A DNA stretch of 61,131 bases from positions 1 to 61,131 of the IMG/VR virus record IMGVR_UViG_3300050343_000196, one strand, 5' to 3'. The position numbers were made by a program, and so were the translations under genes. The notes below the pieces were generated by a model. That model had not been told where the DNA came from. It ran no database searches and was given only the letters and a program-made list of their open reading frames with translations. Positions 40,721-52,171 of the stretch are shown here, piece by piece. This DNA comes from a virus. Taxonomy: Duplodnaviria; Caudoviricetes. Within the stretch, counting starts at the first letter, position 1. Every line of letters begins with the position of its first letter.

Positions 40721-43138
40721 TTATTTAGGCTCAAACTGCTCTAAGCCAAATCCTCCTAAGTTGTCAAATCCTGCTGATTCAAACTTTTTTGGTGGTTTAT
40801 TATTTTTTCTTTGATCTATTAATTCAGATTGCTGAGAAGCCTGTATTTTAGTTCTTTCATCTTTCCTATCTTCTTTACTTCTCTTTATCTTTAATTACAT
40901 TTAAATCAGCGTCTTTAAGTTGCATGTTCATTTCAAATTCTTTTTGCATTAACATCATTTTAATTTCAGCTTCTTTTTCTAGTTTTTGTGTATCTAATTG
41001 CGCTTGTACTTGTGCTAACTGAGCTTTACTCTGAGTTATTGCTTGTTGTTTTTGAATATCAGCTTGTGCTGCTGCTTGAGCTGCTTGCGCATTAGATTGA
41101 GTTTGCATTTGAATATTTCCTTGCTGCTTAGCTCTATCTTGTTCAAACTTTTTGTTTTCTTCTTAATTTTAATAATTGATTAGCAAGTTTTAAATTTCTT
41201 ATTTCTCTAATATCAATAGCATCTTCTAAATTAATTTGTTCTTTTTGAAGAGACACTTGTATATTATTTTCAAGTAATTGTTTTTCTTCTTCATCTGGAG
41301 TTAATTCTAAAAATATACCAAAATCATGAAGCTGTAATTTACTTATTTCTTCTAATGTGGCAACATTTGATTTACCAATAGCTTGTATAAAAGATTTTCG
41401 TGTTGGGCTAAATTCTAATACATCTGATATTCTAAGTGATATTGCCTCAGCTGTTTTTAACGTAAGGTATAATCCCCCTTGTAATATATGCCTTGTTGCT
41501 GTATTTGAATTTGCAGCTGCGATTTTTTGTAATCCTACTAAAGCATTTTTATCTGGCGTTGAACCATCTCTTGCTTCGTTTAATCCGGTCACATCTCTTA
41601 TCATTTGTAAATAATAATTATATGAATTAATTAAACTTGATATTTTAGCATTAGACCCAGATGATTGTAATTCTTGTACAGGAACTTTACCGTTGTTAAA
41701 TTCACCATCTTGTGTCATTGATCTACCAATAACAGAACCTGTTTGGAAATACATATTTAATGCTTCTTGCGCATTATAATTAGTTCCATTACCTAAATCT
41801 ATTTCAGCAATACCGTCTGCATCTAAGTAAACACCATCAGGAACCATTCTTGATAATACCTGTTGTAACTTTAAATGTGTTAATTGAATCATATCTGCAA
41901 ACGTAGTCATTCTACTAACAAGAGATTCAACTCTACCTTTATATATTCTTGGTGCTACAATATTATAACTAAACTGGGCTTTAACTGTATCTGACTTTGG
42001 TCTTGTCATGTTTTCAGCTAATTGCCATTTTAATAATTTATTAGTACCAACTATCTTAGCACCCTCATAAATTACCTCTATTGTTCTTGATTCTTTAGTA
42101 AATCTACTTCTGGAATCTTTTGGAGGATTAAAGCCGTCATCTTTTTTAATAGCTTTCGATGCCCCTGATGAAGTTTCTTTTATTTTATGTACTTGATCTT
42201 TATATGTTTTATATTCAAAATACAATACATATACATGAGAATTATCCTCACTGTCATTACCTGCATAAGATTTATTATATAGTTTAGCATTTGTTCCTTG
42301 CCCCTCTACATCTCTTCTTATATCTTCATCTGTTAATTCAGGATATTGCTTTTTTAAATCAACTACAGATACTTTTCTTATTTCACCTACATAATATATA
42401 TCATCAAAGTGTGGTGACTCTGTGTATGAATAAACTAAATCAGCTGGATCTACATACTTTATATTTATTCCCTCTGATGTTGTATATTCGTTTTTAACAG
42501 CACCCATACCAATAACAGCTATATCATAATCTAATCTTTTCTTTATTAATTCATATTTATTATGATCAAATACATTGTTAATAGCTTCTTCTTCTGCTAT
42601 TTCAACAGAATCTTTATAATCTAAGTTGCATATGCAATTGCAACTCTTCTTCGTTTCAGGTAATTTATCTTTATCATGTTTCATATAAATTAATACCAAA
42701 TTCTTTTTAAAACAGAATCAGAAAAGTTTTTAGTACGCATATCTTTTAATAAAGACTCTACATAATCTGTTCTTTTTTTACTGATGCTGGATCTTGTGAA
42801 TACGCTTTTATATCATATGTTCTTTCTGCAATACCATTTACTACAATATCTACAAACTTAGGTATAATAGGAACAGGTTTCCAATCTATGTTTAAATATG
42901 ATAAATCACCATTAATAGATAATTCGTCTTTATATTTCTGTATTGACTGTTCACCTCTAGCATATAATCTTAAACGGTGAAAATTGTCTCTATTAGCGTA
43001 GTACCTAGCTGTACCAGAATCTCTTTTAAACCATTCTGATTCAACTGCCCTTGCAATCTCTAAACCATATTTTTCACTTGCTTTCTCAGCATTTGAAACT
43101 GCTTGGCTTGGGAATACACCCTTTGGTAATATATTCAT
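40721..43138 (-). CDS. Portal protein (frameshifted)
   Basis: Fragments 42758..43138, 41143..42699, 40875..41108; DWKPVPIIPKFVDIVVNG; RDVTGLNEARDG; Gln-rich C-terminal barrel. Confidence 0.82.
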
Positions 43139-45358
43139 CTATTTTATTATTTTTGAAATACTTCCTTTGTTATTATATTTTTTTAATCCAAAATCTAAAA
43201 CTTTTGTTTGTTTTAATTGTTTTGGTTGGTACAAATGTCTGTTACAAGCCATTATAGCAAGACCAGAACTTATTGCGGCATCATGTTTTGTTCTATTATT
43301 TATGTTAAATTTAGACCAATCGTTTAACGTTGCATTGAAATATATATTACCGTAATCTCCATTTTCCTGTAATCCTACATATTTATCTATATATGATTCA
43401 ATTGCTGCAGCGTGAATTTGTTTCATATCTTCAGATGAATTAGGTATACCTCCTATTTCTTTTTCAGCTGTTGATAATTTACTTATTGTTTTATCTGGAC
43501 GATTCATAGAGTAACCTCTGTAACCTCTTCTTTTTAAATAATACAATAATCTTGGTTTGTTGTTCTCCGCAAGTATTGGCATTCCATAAAACACTAATGC
43601 CATAAGCACATCTTCAAAAAACATTTCAGCGGTTTGTGGTCGAGCTATATACTCTAAAAAGAATGAATTAACAGGTGCTTCTTCCATGCTAAATACTGTT
43701 AACCCGTGTAGCGCTCCTTTAGATCCTCTTCCATCTGTTGTTCCTGATATATCATAAGAGTCACAACCAAATGCACCTATATGCTCGTTACCTGGATGCT
43801 TGCGCCCATTTTTTACTATTACGCGGTTTTGAAGATTATAACTAGGAACCCAAGATATATTAAATCTTCCTTTTGGATCTGGTGTAAATATTACTCTTGA
43901 ATCTTTAATACCATTTTCCCATTGGAAGTTACCTTTAGATACAGCACCAGACGTTACTGTCCCATCATTGTAATCTATTTGCTCATATATTTTTTGTAAA
44001 TTAAATATACTATTTTTTGTTTCATCTCTAAACGCGTGTTCTTCTGTTCTTGGAAACTGTCTATAAAATTCGTTTAATCCGTCTTGATCATTTCTTAACC
44101 CATCTGCTTCATTCTCCCAGTGTTCAATTACTCCAACATCGATTTTATCACCTTGGGGTCCTTCGACAGCAGCTCCGGGTGTATCGAATACAGGTAATCC
44201 AAAAGAATCAATGAATCCCTCGTAGTTCCACTCCATAGGTATGAACAAACTATATAGTCCGCTGCTAGTCTGTCCGTTGCGGTTTCTTTTTGTAACATCT
44301 GAGTCATTGTATAATTTTTTAAAGTTATCACCACCTTTGTCTAAGGCATTTGAAGTAGATCCCATCATACACTTACCAATTATTCTACTTCCTAATCTCA
44401 GCGTTGTTTTAGTTACTCGCCAGTTGTTTAATATATTATCTGGTCTTTCCCATTTACCAGATTCATCGTGAACAAGTAATCTTAACTTTTCACCATCATA
44501 AGAGTTATCACCTGTGTTTTTCCAGTCTATCGTTGTATCGAGCCCGTCGAGGTCTTTCCTCCCTGCGGAGCCGGTTGTACTGGTGATGGACTTCCTTGTG
44601 AGTTTGGATGCTGGGACACGGTAGGCAAGCTCTGTCTTGGGGCGGTCCATTCCATCTTGTATTGGTTTGAAGAAGAATGGATAGTGCGATGAAATTGGGA
44701 CGACCTTGTCGGTAAACATCTTCTTTGCATCGCTACCAGTCTTCGATAAGATTCCGAATCTAGCATCTGAAGTGAGTGTAGCTTGATTAACTGTCTCGCT
44801 GCTTGACATGAAGCTAAATCCAGACCGTCTGTTCTTAAGGTAGCATATTCCATAACATCTTTGATCTGCCTTGCATGCCTCCCAGAATATGAAGAATAAT
44901 CTGTTTGCTTCTCGAAAGTCTGGCTTCCCAACATCAATCTTGGACCACTGCAGGTAATTGTAATGAGAGCCAGTGATATAAGTATCAATCCCTTTATTGC
45001 GGAACCAATACCCCTCTTCTCTTCTAGTAAACTCTTTATCAATGTACCCATACCAATCTTTTTTAAATTCTTCTGGGTATGTTTGCCAGTCGAATATAGT
45101 TCTTATGTTTTTTAACTCTTTAGGGTATTCTGTTGCAACCCATTTGTTATCCTTGCTATACACATCTTCAGCTAATGGTAAAGCAATCTTTAGGTTTTGT
45201 ATTTCGTATACATCACCAATCTTACCTGTTTTACTTATAACAACTACATCATGTTCTTTGTTATATCCGTATTCCCAGTATTTCTTTTTATTCAGTCTAT
45301 GTATCGTTGTACGCTTAATAGGTTCAATGATTTTGTATAATGTTTGCTGATATGACAT
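43139..45358 (-). CDS. terL: Terminase large subunit
   Basis: KNRRSGFS Walker A, LLVHDESGKW Walker B, GSTSN, FGCDSYD and HDAAIS nuclease motifs. Confidence 0.9.
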   Translation of the reverse strand: MSYQQTLYKIIEPIKRTTIHRLNKKKYWEYGYNKEHDVVVISKTGKIGDVYEIQNLKIALPLAEDVYSKDNKWVATEYPKELKNIRTIFDWQTYPEEFKKDWYGYIDKEFTRREEGYWFRNKGIDTYITGSHYNYLQWSKIDVGKPDFREANRLFFIFWEACKADQRCYGICYLKNRRSGFSFMSSSETVNQATLTSDARFGILSKTGSDAKKMFTDKVVPISSHYPFFFKPIQDGMDRPKTELAYRVPASKLTRKSITSTTGSAGRKDLDGLDTTIDWKNTGDNSYDGEKLRLLVHDESGKWERPDNILNNWRVTKTTLRLGSRIIGKCMMGSTSNALDKGGDNFKKLYNDSDVTKRNRNGQTSSGLYSLFIPMEWNYEGFIDSFGLPVFDTPGAAVEGPQGDKIDVGVIEHWENEADGLRNDQDGLNEFYRQFPRTEEHAFRDETKNSIFNLQKIYEQIDYNDGTVTSGAVSKGNFQWENGIKDSRVIFTPDPKGRFNISWVPSYNLQNRVIVKNGRKHPGNEHIGAFGCDSYDISGTTDGRGSKGALHGLTVFSMEEAPVNSFFLEYIARPQTAEMFFEDVLMALVFYGMPILAENNKPRLLYYLKRRGYRGYSMNRPDKTISKLSTAEKEIGGIPNSSEDMKQIHAAAIESYIDKYVGLQENGDYGNIYFNATLNDWSKFNINNRTKHDAAISSGLAIMACNRHLYQPKQLKQTKVLDFGLKKYNNKGSISKIIK
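44527..45051 (-). CDS. Candidate overprinted lipoprotein inside terL (+1 frame)
   Basis: 174 stop-free codons; KGLILISLALITITC lipobox-like; Pro/Ser/Gln tail; visibly GC-enriched segment. Confidence 0.45.
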   Translation of the reverse strand: MGTLIKSLLEEKRGIGSAIKGLILISLALITITCSGPRLMLGSQTFEKQTDYSSYSGRHARQIKDVMEYATLRTDGLDLASCQAARQLIKLHSLQMLDSESYRRLVAMQRRCLPTRSSQFHRTIHSSSNQYKMEWTAPRQSLPTVSQHPNSQGSPSPVQPAPQGGKTSTGSIQR

Positions 45359-45633
45359 TATTTAGACCTTTTTTCTGCAAATCCACTAAAAGCTTTTTGT
45401 TTATCTTGTGGTTTGTTTTCCAGCATTGCTTTTTCAGATTCAATCCTATTTAGTATTTCAAAAGCATCAAAGATAGCTAACTTTTTAGTTGCTGCTGCAT
45501 TCTTTAGTCTATCTGCTGCTAATTCATCTGCTGCATCTTCCACTATGATTTCTTCTTCAGCGACTTTGATTAACTCCTTTACAGCTTTATAACCAGCTCG
45601 TATTATAGAGTTTTTCTGTTCCTTTGTGTTCAT
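45358..45633 (-). CDS. Probable terminase small subunit
   Basis: Small helical protein directly upstream of terL. Confidence 0.5.
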   Translation of the reverse strand: MNTKEQKNSIIRAGYKAVKELIKVAEEEIIVEDAADELAADRLKNAAATKKLAIFDAFEILNRIESEKAMLENKPQDKQKAFSGFAEKRSK

Positions 45634-46171
45634 ACTTTATTGAAATATCATTTAATTTTATTCTATACAATCTTTTATCACCGACTATAAATTCAAATTC
45701 AGAGTACGGTGTAAATCCAACAAGCTCACCTTCGTTTACAAAATCAGAGCCGTCTGTATAAACCACAATACCTTTTAAAGGTTCTTCTTTGTTTTCCCAT
45801 TTATCTTCTGATTGTATGGGATTTACAAAACAGTAACCTGGCATTGCTACCCAGTTTTCATTTCTTTTATACATGTACACTTGATCTAAATAACAAAAGT
45901 ACATATCTTCTTTGAAATAATTACCACTATTTTTTTCAATTCCTCTAACATCGTAGTACCTTCTAAATATATTATGATGCACCATTACTTCATCAGACTC
46001 TTGTAGAGGCGTTTTAAACGCACCTGGGAGCGCTTTTACTATTGCTTCTTTACTTACATACCTATGGTCACTAATCGACGTGTTTAGGATTAAGTTTTTA
46101 TCAGATACTTTTTTAGTGTTTTTGTAGCGGTTTTCTTTTGGTTGTATTATTAAAGCGTATGGATTATTCAT
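45587..46171 (-). CDS. GroES-like fold protein (apparent tandem domain)
   Basis: IIQP..LILNT..AIVKALP..DEVMVHHN and FVNPI..GIVVY..EGELVGF..F.V...RLYRIK..DI. Confidence 0.5.
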   Translation of the reverse strand: MNNPYALIIQPKENRYKNTKKVSDKNLILNTSISDHRYVSKEAIVKALPGAFKTPLQESDEVMVHHNIFRRYYDVRGIEKNSGNYFKEDMYFCYLDQVYMYKRNENWVAMPGYCFVNPIQSEDKWENKEEPLKGIVVYTDGSDFVNEGELVGFTPYSEFEFIVGDKRLYRIKLNDISIKYEHKGTEKLYNTSWL

Positions 46172-46394
46172 AATCTAAATTATACTCAATACTTATTCCC
46201 ATGTTTTTATTAAAAGATTTCCAAAGTAACACTTCTTTATTCTTTTCTATATATATTTGGTAATCGTGATCTTTCTCAAGTATATTTGTTATAATGTGGT
46301 TTCCATAAACCGCTTGTCCTATTTGATAGTGCATTGCATTATCTTTATAGTCTCTTCCTACACTAATCTTCCTTATTAGTTTCATTTGATTCAA
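46164..46394 (-). CDS. Hypothetical protein
   Basis: LIRKISVGRDYKDNAMHY. Confidence 0.7.
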   Translation of the reverse strand: MNQMKLIRKISVGRDYKDNAMHYQIGQAVYGNHIITNILEKDHDYQIYIEKNKEVLLWKSFNKNMGISIEYNLDYE

Positions 46395-46608
46395 TTTTAT
46401 CTATCTCACCTGTTTCAACATTTATGTTAATTTTACCATAAGTGTTTTCAAGATCAGACTTCATTGTATTTAATTGCATTTCTAATTGTGAGAAATTATG
46501 GGCTAGCTTGTGTCCATTGATTGTGTTTAACCCTATTTCATTTTGAGTTGTAGCAACTCTTTCTATTAAAGATTTTAAATCTTTGTGCTCTTTTTCTGTT
46601 AATTTCAT
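46363..46608 (-). CDS. Hypothetical coiled-coil protein
   Basis: LENTYGKININVETGEI. Confidence 0.7.
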   Translation of the reverse strand: MKLTEKEHKDLKSLIERVATTQNEIGLNTINGHKLAHNFSQLEMQLNTMKSDLENTYGKININVETGEIDKIESNETNKED

Positions 46609-46661
46609 AAACTATTGAATTTGATTAAATTATATTATTATGTATATTACACGCTTTTAGT

Positions 46662-48651
46662 TTATTTTGAATGCCAGGTGCTGTATCGTATATATAGCGT
46701 CTTAATATAATTTTCCCCGTTATTATTATAATTATGCGTTGAGTTATCTAATGTAAAACCGTCAGCGTCAAAAGATTTAACCCCTCTAGACTCTTGAGCG
46801 GCAGTATCACTTGATGATAATTCTTTATTTAATCCTCTAACTACATCAGACCATATATGCTCTCTTGATTGAGTTCTTGTTTTTATCCAAACTAAATCAG
46901 GTTGAAATCCTACTCCTGTAATTGCTAATGGGTCATTTCCTGTACCAGTATATGCTTTTGTATTGAAACTATCCGCAAGTGTTGGGCTTGTTGCGGTAGG
47001 GTCATCTGCAAATGCCATATAGAAATACGTTCTATTAGAAGCGTGGTAATCGTTATAAATGTTTGCGGTTACTGATTTTTTTAACATAAACCCATTTGAT
47101 AGAAATCTAACAGGTGTATCGTTAAATCCTGCATCTGCAGAAGTATCATTTGCTCTCATTCTTACCGCAGACTCATTTGAAACCAACCCTGGCGACCTTG
47201 AAGAATCTAAAATTTCCCAATGCGTACTTCCGTGAGAAGTACATTTAATCATTACAAATTTTGGTTTAAAACCTGTTTCTACAAATGTGTCTCCTCCTCC
47301 TGATGGCACTGTATATTTACCTATTTTTGAAAACCCTGATTTATTTGCAAAAGAATAAGTAATCCAATCAGCCCCCGCTGATGAAGTTACAGTTCTAAAT
47401 GTTGTGCTAGTTCCGTAGGTAGCAGAATAATCAACCTTCCCGTCCTGAGCATTTAATGTTAATTCGTCCCAACTTCCATCTATTACGTTAGTGTATATAA
47501 ACCAAGAGCCAGTTGAGCTGTACTTTTTATAAAGTATAGCAGAAGGGGTAGTGTCCAGCCCATGCCCAATTGTATGTGAACTACTACTTGATGATTCCCA
47601 CTTAGCTATAGAAAAACCTAAATTATTATTAACTTGAACCGTAGATGTAATATCACCATCAGTATTACTACTTAAAGTTCCTCCGTTTGCTTTAAAACAC
47701 CAAGCTACATAAGTAGAACCATTGTCGTTTATTTCATTATCGCTTCCTAATGTAAATCCATTTGTGTTGAAAGATGTTAATCTACTGCCTCCTGAACTTT
47801 CTGCATTAGTATTATTTGTACTTAAAAATTTTGTTACACCCCTTGATGAATCATACCAGTTGTGGTTTTCAGCATTTGGTCCTCTTTCTTTTATCCACAC
47901 AAGATCAGGTTTGAATCCAACAGTAATATTTTGTGTTGAACTATTTCCTGAATAAGTAACTGCTTTAAACATGCTTGATGGAAGAATTTTTGTAATTGTA
48001 ATGGTAAATGCCCTAGCAGTTGATTGGTTTTCATTATCAGTAGCAGTTATCGTAAAACTACTAGTAGTGTCTGCTGATACAGAAGGAGCAGTACCTGTGA
48101 TTGCCCCTGTTGATGTATTTAAGGACGCTCCTGAAGGCAAAGACCCAGAGGTTATTGCATAAGTTATTGCTCCGCCATCTGGTTCAGTTGCTGCTACAGT
48201 TAAATTGATTGTTTCGCCTTCTGATATAGATCCTAAACTTCCTGCAGAGGTTGTCCAAGCAGGTACACCATTGTAAGATACATTTGTATTAGCACTTCCT
48301 CCATCGGTGTTAGTTATTACTAAAATTTGTGATCCTGCGCTTTTAGCAGGTGTAGTTACTGTTAACTGTGTAGAACTATTTCTTGTTATAGACGAGCAAG
48401 TTGTACCACCTATAGTTACAGTTACATTAACATTGAAACCTCCACCGTTTATAACTAAACTTTGGTTTCCTGCTGGGTCTAAAGCTGTATCATCTCCTGG
48501 ATAATCAAAAGAAGAAAACGTAGGGTTTATTGTAATCAATAGTACCCCATTCCATTGTACCATCACCTTTTGATTTAAGTACATTACCATCACTTCCGTT
48601 ATCTCCTCCTACCATATGAAGGTTACCTGATTTTAATCTAGTTTGTGCCAT
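46662..48651 (-). CDS. Tail fibre/adhesin paralogue B (IPT/TIG + Ig-like + GFxPDLVWIK modules), frameshifted
   Basis: Start MAQTRLKSG at 48651; repeated YTG..GFKPDLVWIK modules. Confidence 0.72.
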
Positions 48652-48662
48652 TTATTATTTAT

Positions 48663-49571
48663 TTACACTGTATAGCTTCCGCTTCCTGTAAATTTAATTA
48701 TAGTATTACTACCGCTTGTTGTAACTGTTGGACTTCCTGTTGTTGTGCCTGAATAATTTTCGGTAGGCACTTTTATAACAACAATTCCAGATCCCCCAGC
48801 TCCCCCATAAGAATTCGAGCCTTGAGAAGAGCTAGCTCCTGCTCCACCCCCAGTTCCTGTATTAGTATTACCAGTATTCCCGTAATATTGTGACACAGTG
48901 CCGCTTGAATGAGGATGATTTCCATTACCTCCTGATGCTCCTGTATTTCCTCCATACCCAGATCCAGCTCCTCCCCCAGCTGCATATACAACAGCTGATC
49001 CTGTTATTGAATTACTAACTCCGTCACCTCCATCAGGATATGGTACACTAGAGCCATTTCTACCTTGTTTACCGCTTCCACCGGCTCCACCACCACCTCC
49101 ACCTTCGTCGGCGTAATTTGACATTCCTATACCTCCATCATTTCCAGTTCCATTACCATTAGCACTTCCACTGCTTATTGAACCTCCCCCTCTAAATCCT
49201 GAACCACCACCACCAGAACCACCGTTATTTCCACCCCTACCACCATGATAAGCGGGAAAAACAGATACACAGCTTCCTCCAAAACCACCACCTGACGTTA
49301 ATACATCAACACCTGTGCCTTGAATACGCGAAAGCCCCCCATTTGTGGCATTATTATTTCCTGATGTAGCGCCAGAACCACCCGCACCTACTGTTACAGT
49401 TATTACAGTATCTGTATCCATTTCTCCAGAAGTACCAGCTGTATATCCACCGGCTCCACCGCCACCTCCAAACCAAGCACCTCCACCTGCACCTCCTCCA
49501 ACAACTAAATAATCAAGAGTGTATGCTGTTGCAACCGTTAATGAACCAAAATTTATACCTTGCCCAAACAT
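48663..49571 (-). CDS. Glycine-rich tail-associated protein
   Basis: YLVVGGGAGGG..GGGGAGG..GGSGIVVI. Confidence 0.75.
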   Translation of the reverse strand: MFGQGINFGSLTVATAYTLDYLVVGGGAGGGAWFGGGGGAGGYTAGTSGEMDTDTVITVTVGAGGSGATSGNNNATNGGLSRIQGTGVDVLTSGGGFGGSCVSVFPAYHGGRGGNNGGSGGGGSGFRGGGSISSGSANGNGTGNDGGIGMSNYADEGGGGGGAGGSGKQGRNGSSVPYPDGGDGVSNSITGSAVVYAAGGGAGSGYGGNTGASGGNGNHPHSSGTVSQYYGNTGNTNTGTGGGAGASSSQGSNSYGGAGGSGIVVIKVPTENYSGTTTGSPTVTTSGSNTIIKFTGSGSYTV

Positions 49572-49816
49572 TAACTTGCTATTTGATTAATTGCATACCA
49601 AAATTCAGTAGCTGCTACACATGTAATCTGAATTAAATTTTTTGTATTACTTGCTGTATCAGCTATTTTACCCGCTGTTACTGCATTATCTGCAATTGAA
49701 GCGGCTACGACTGCATTTGAAGCTAATTCAGCTGCACCTACTGCGTCGTCTGCTAATTTAGCTTGGGTTACAGAATTATCTGCTAATACGTTTGCTGTTA
49801 CTTTTGTTATTGCCAT
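49571..49816 (-). CDS. Short tail-associated repeat protein (possibly internally deleted)
   Basis: ADNSVTQAKL-type 10-aa repeats. Confidence 0.55.
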   Translation of the reverse strand: MAITKVTANVLADNSVTQAKLADDAVGAAELASNAVVAASIADNAVTAGKIADTASNTKNLIQITCVAATEFWYAINQIAS

Positions 49817-49829
49817 TTTTGTTTATTTA

Positions 49830-52114
49830 TTAATTTATTTTGAATGCCATGTATATATATGTTTCCCCATTTTGATTTAAACTAAATCCGTTACTATCAA
49901 ATGCTGTTAAAGAATCACTTGCAGTAGATTCTGCATTAGTTAAATCAGGAAATAATCTTTTAGTTGCGGTTCTTGCACTATCAAACAATCTCCAAGATTC
50001 TGCAGCTGTTGTTTCTTTAAGTAAAACAAAATCAGGTTGAAATCCAAGTCCTGTAATACTCTGTGTGCCCCCATTACCACTATAACTTCCAAACTTGCTA
50101 TATCCTGAAACTGAATGGAAACAATAAGCAATATATTCATCTCCACTTCCTGATAAACTTGTTCCAATATTAAATATTGTTGATGTTGGAGGTGTTGAAT
50201 TAAATAAACTACCTCCTGATGAACCATTACTTGTTTCAGCAGCAGTTGTATTTAAATTAACAAAATAATGAGCAGGATTTGTTCCTCCGTTTAGATAAGC
50301 ATTATATGTGTACCAAGGACTTGTTCCAGTTAATCTTTTTGTAATTATCATTTCAGGAGCAGCATTTAAACCGTGTCCTATTGTTGCTGCTGAACCATTA
50401 CCAGCCCATTTAACAATACTAAATCCTGCATTAGCATTTGCACTAACTATAGAATTTATAGATCCATTTGTGTTAATAGTATTTTGATTATTACTTGTTT
50501 TCCAGTTGTAAGTAACGTATGTGGTGCCGTTTACTTTACCGTATATTTGGTGAGTTGGCCCAAATGTCATACCGTCTGAATCAAAACTTATTAAGTCTTT
50601 ATCAGCACCAGACCCTGCGTTATTAGCAGTAGTACTGTTAGGTATTAAACTACTATTTCTTCCTCTTAAAGAGTCTATAATAAAGTGACTATAAGTACTA
50701 CTTCTAGCTTTTTGCCAAACAAAATCTGGTTTAAAACCAACGCCTGTTATAGATTGAGTAGTACTGCTATTACCTGTATATGTTGCTATATTAAAACTAT
50801 CAGCAAGTGTTGGAGTAGTAGTGCTTCCATTAGCAGCAATTGCTAAATATAAATACGTGCCATTATTAGCATTCATACCTTGATGAGTAGTTTTTATCTG
50901 AAAACCATTAGATAAAAAATCTACTGTTCTATTAGAAGAGTCAGCTTCTTCTTGGCCATCTTCATCCCATTTTAATGAATTATTTCTTGGGTTTGCTGTA
51001 TCTCTTTTATTATCAAGAATTATCCAACTATCATTACTATCAGTTCTTTTTACCATTAAAAAAGCAGGTTCAAATCCTGTAGCCACAAGTGGCCCTGATG
51101 TAGAGCCATTACCTGTATATGAGTCTATTTTTTGCATTCCGGCAACATCGGCAAAACAATAAGCAACAGAATCTCCCCCGTAATATGAATGGTACTGGCC
51201 CCATGAGCTACCCATGTTTATTACTGTGCTACTAGGTGCCGTATTATTCCAGTATCCAGTTGTAGCTGAGCTAAAAGCGCCAGCATTATCTAAAGTAAGT
51301 TCTTTTGCGGGATTATTTGGATATACCATATTGGAAGTACTTCCTGATTGCTCTAAAGAAAAGAATAATATTAGTTTAGACCTTAGTAACTGTAATACTG
51401 TAAGCTCTTGCGGTTGATTGATTTTCATTATCATGTAGCTGTGATAGTAAAATTTGCTAGTTGTAGATGCACTTACACTTGGAGCTGTTCCTGTGATTGC
51501 TCCTGTAGAAGTATTTAACTCGCCCCTGATGGAAGCGATCCAGAAGTTATAGCATATGTAATAGCTCCCCCGTCTGGCTCTGTTGCTGCGCTGACAAATT
51601 CATTGTATCCTCCTTCTAGTACACTACCTAAACTTCCTGCTGCGTTTGTAAACGCTGGCACTCCATTATATGAAACCGCATTAGAAGCTGTTGCTGTTCC
51701 ACCATCTGTGTTTTCAATTACAATAGTATATGTTCCCGCTGCTTTAGCCGGGGTATTTACAGTTATTTGTGTTGCTGAATTTCTTGTTATGCTAGATGGT
51801 GTTGTTCCACCTATTGTTACTGTTACATTTGTATTAAATACAGTCCCATTAATTACAAGTGATTGATCACCTGCTGGGTCTAATGCTGTATCGTTTCCTG
51901 GGTAATCTACTGAGGTAAATGTAGGAGGGGTTGTTCCCATTCTTGTCCAAGCTGTTCCATTATATACCTCCGCATCATTTATAGTTGTATTAAACCTAAA
52001 CTGTCCAGCAGCCGGAGAACCTGGTCTTTGTGATGTTGTGCCTGAAGGTAATTTTATAAAATCAGTATCGTCACTGAATCCTAAAAGGTTTTTATCTAAT
52101 TTAGTTAATGCCAT
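49830..52114 (-). CDS. Tail fibre/adhesin paralogue A, frameshifted
   Basis: Fragments 51515..52114 and 49830..51434; same architecture as paralogue B. Confidence 0.72.
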
Positions 52115-52171
52115 TCCAAAATTCCTGCTGCCTCCACCGCCTGCTGAAAAAAATCTGTAAAGTTACTCATA

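Noticed and set aside
52114-52170. Separate gene starting MSNFTDFF
   Set aside because: Only a short stub. It may be a deletion remnant or assembly artefact and cannot be supported as a gene.
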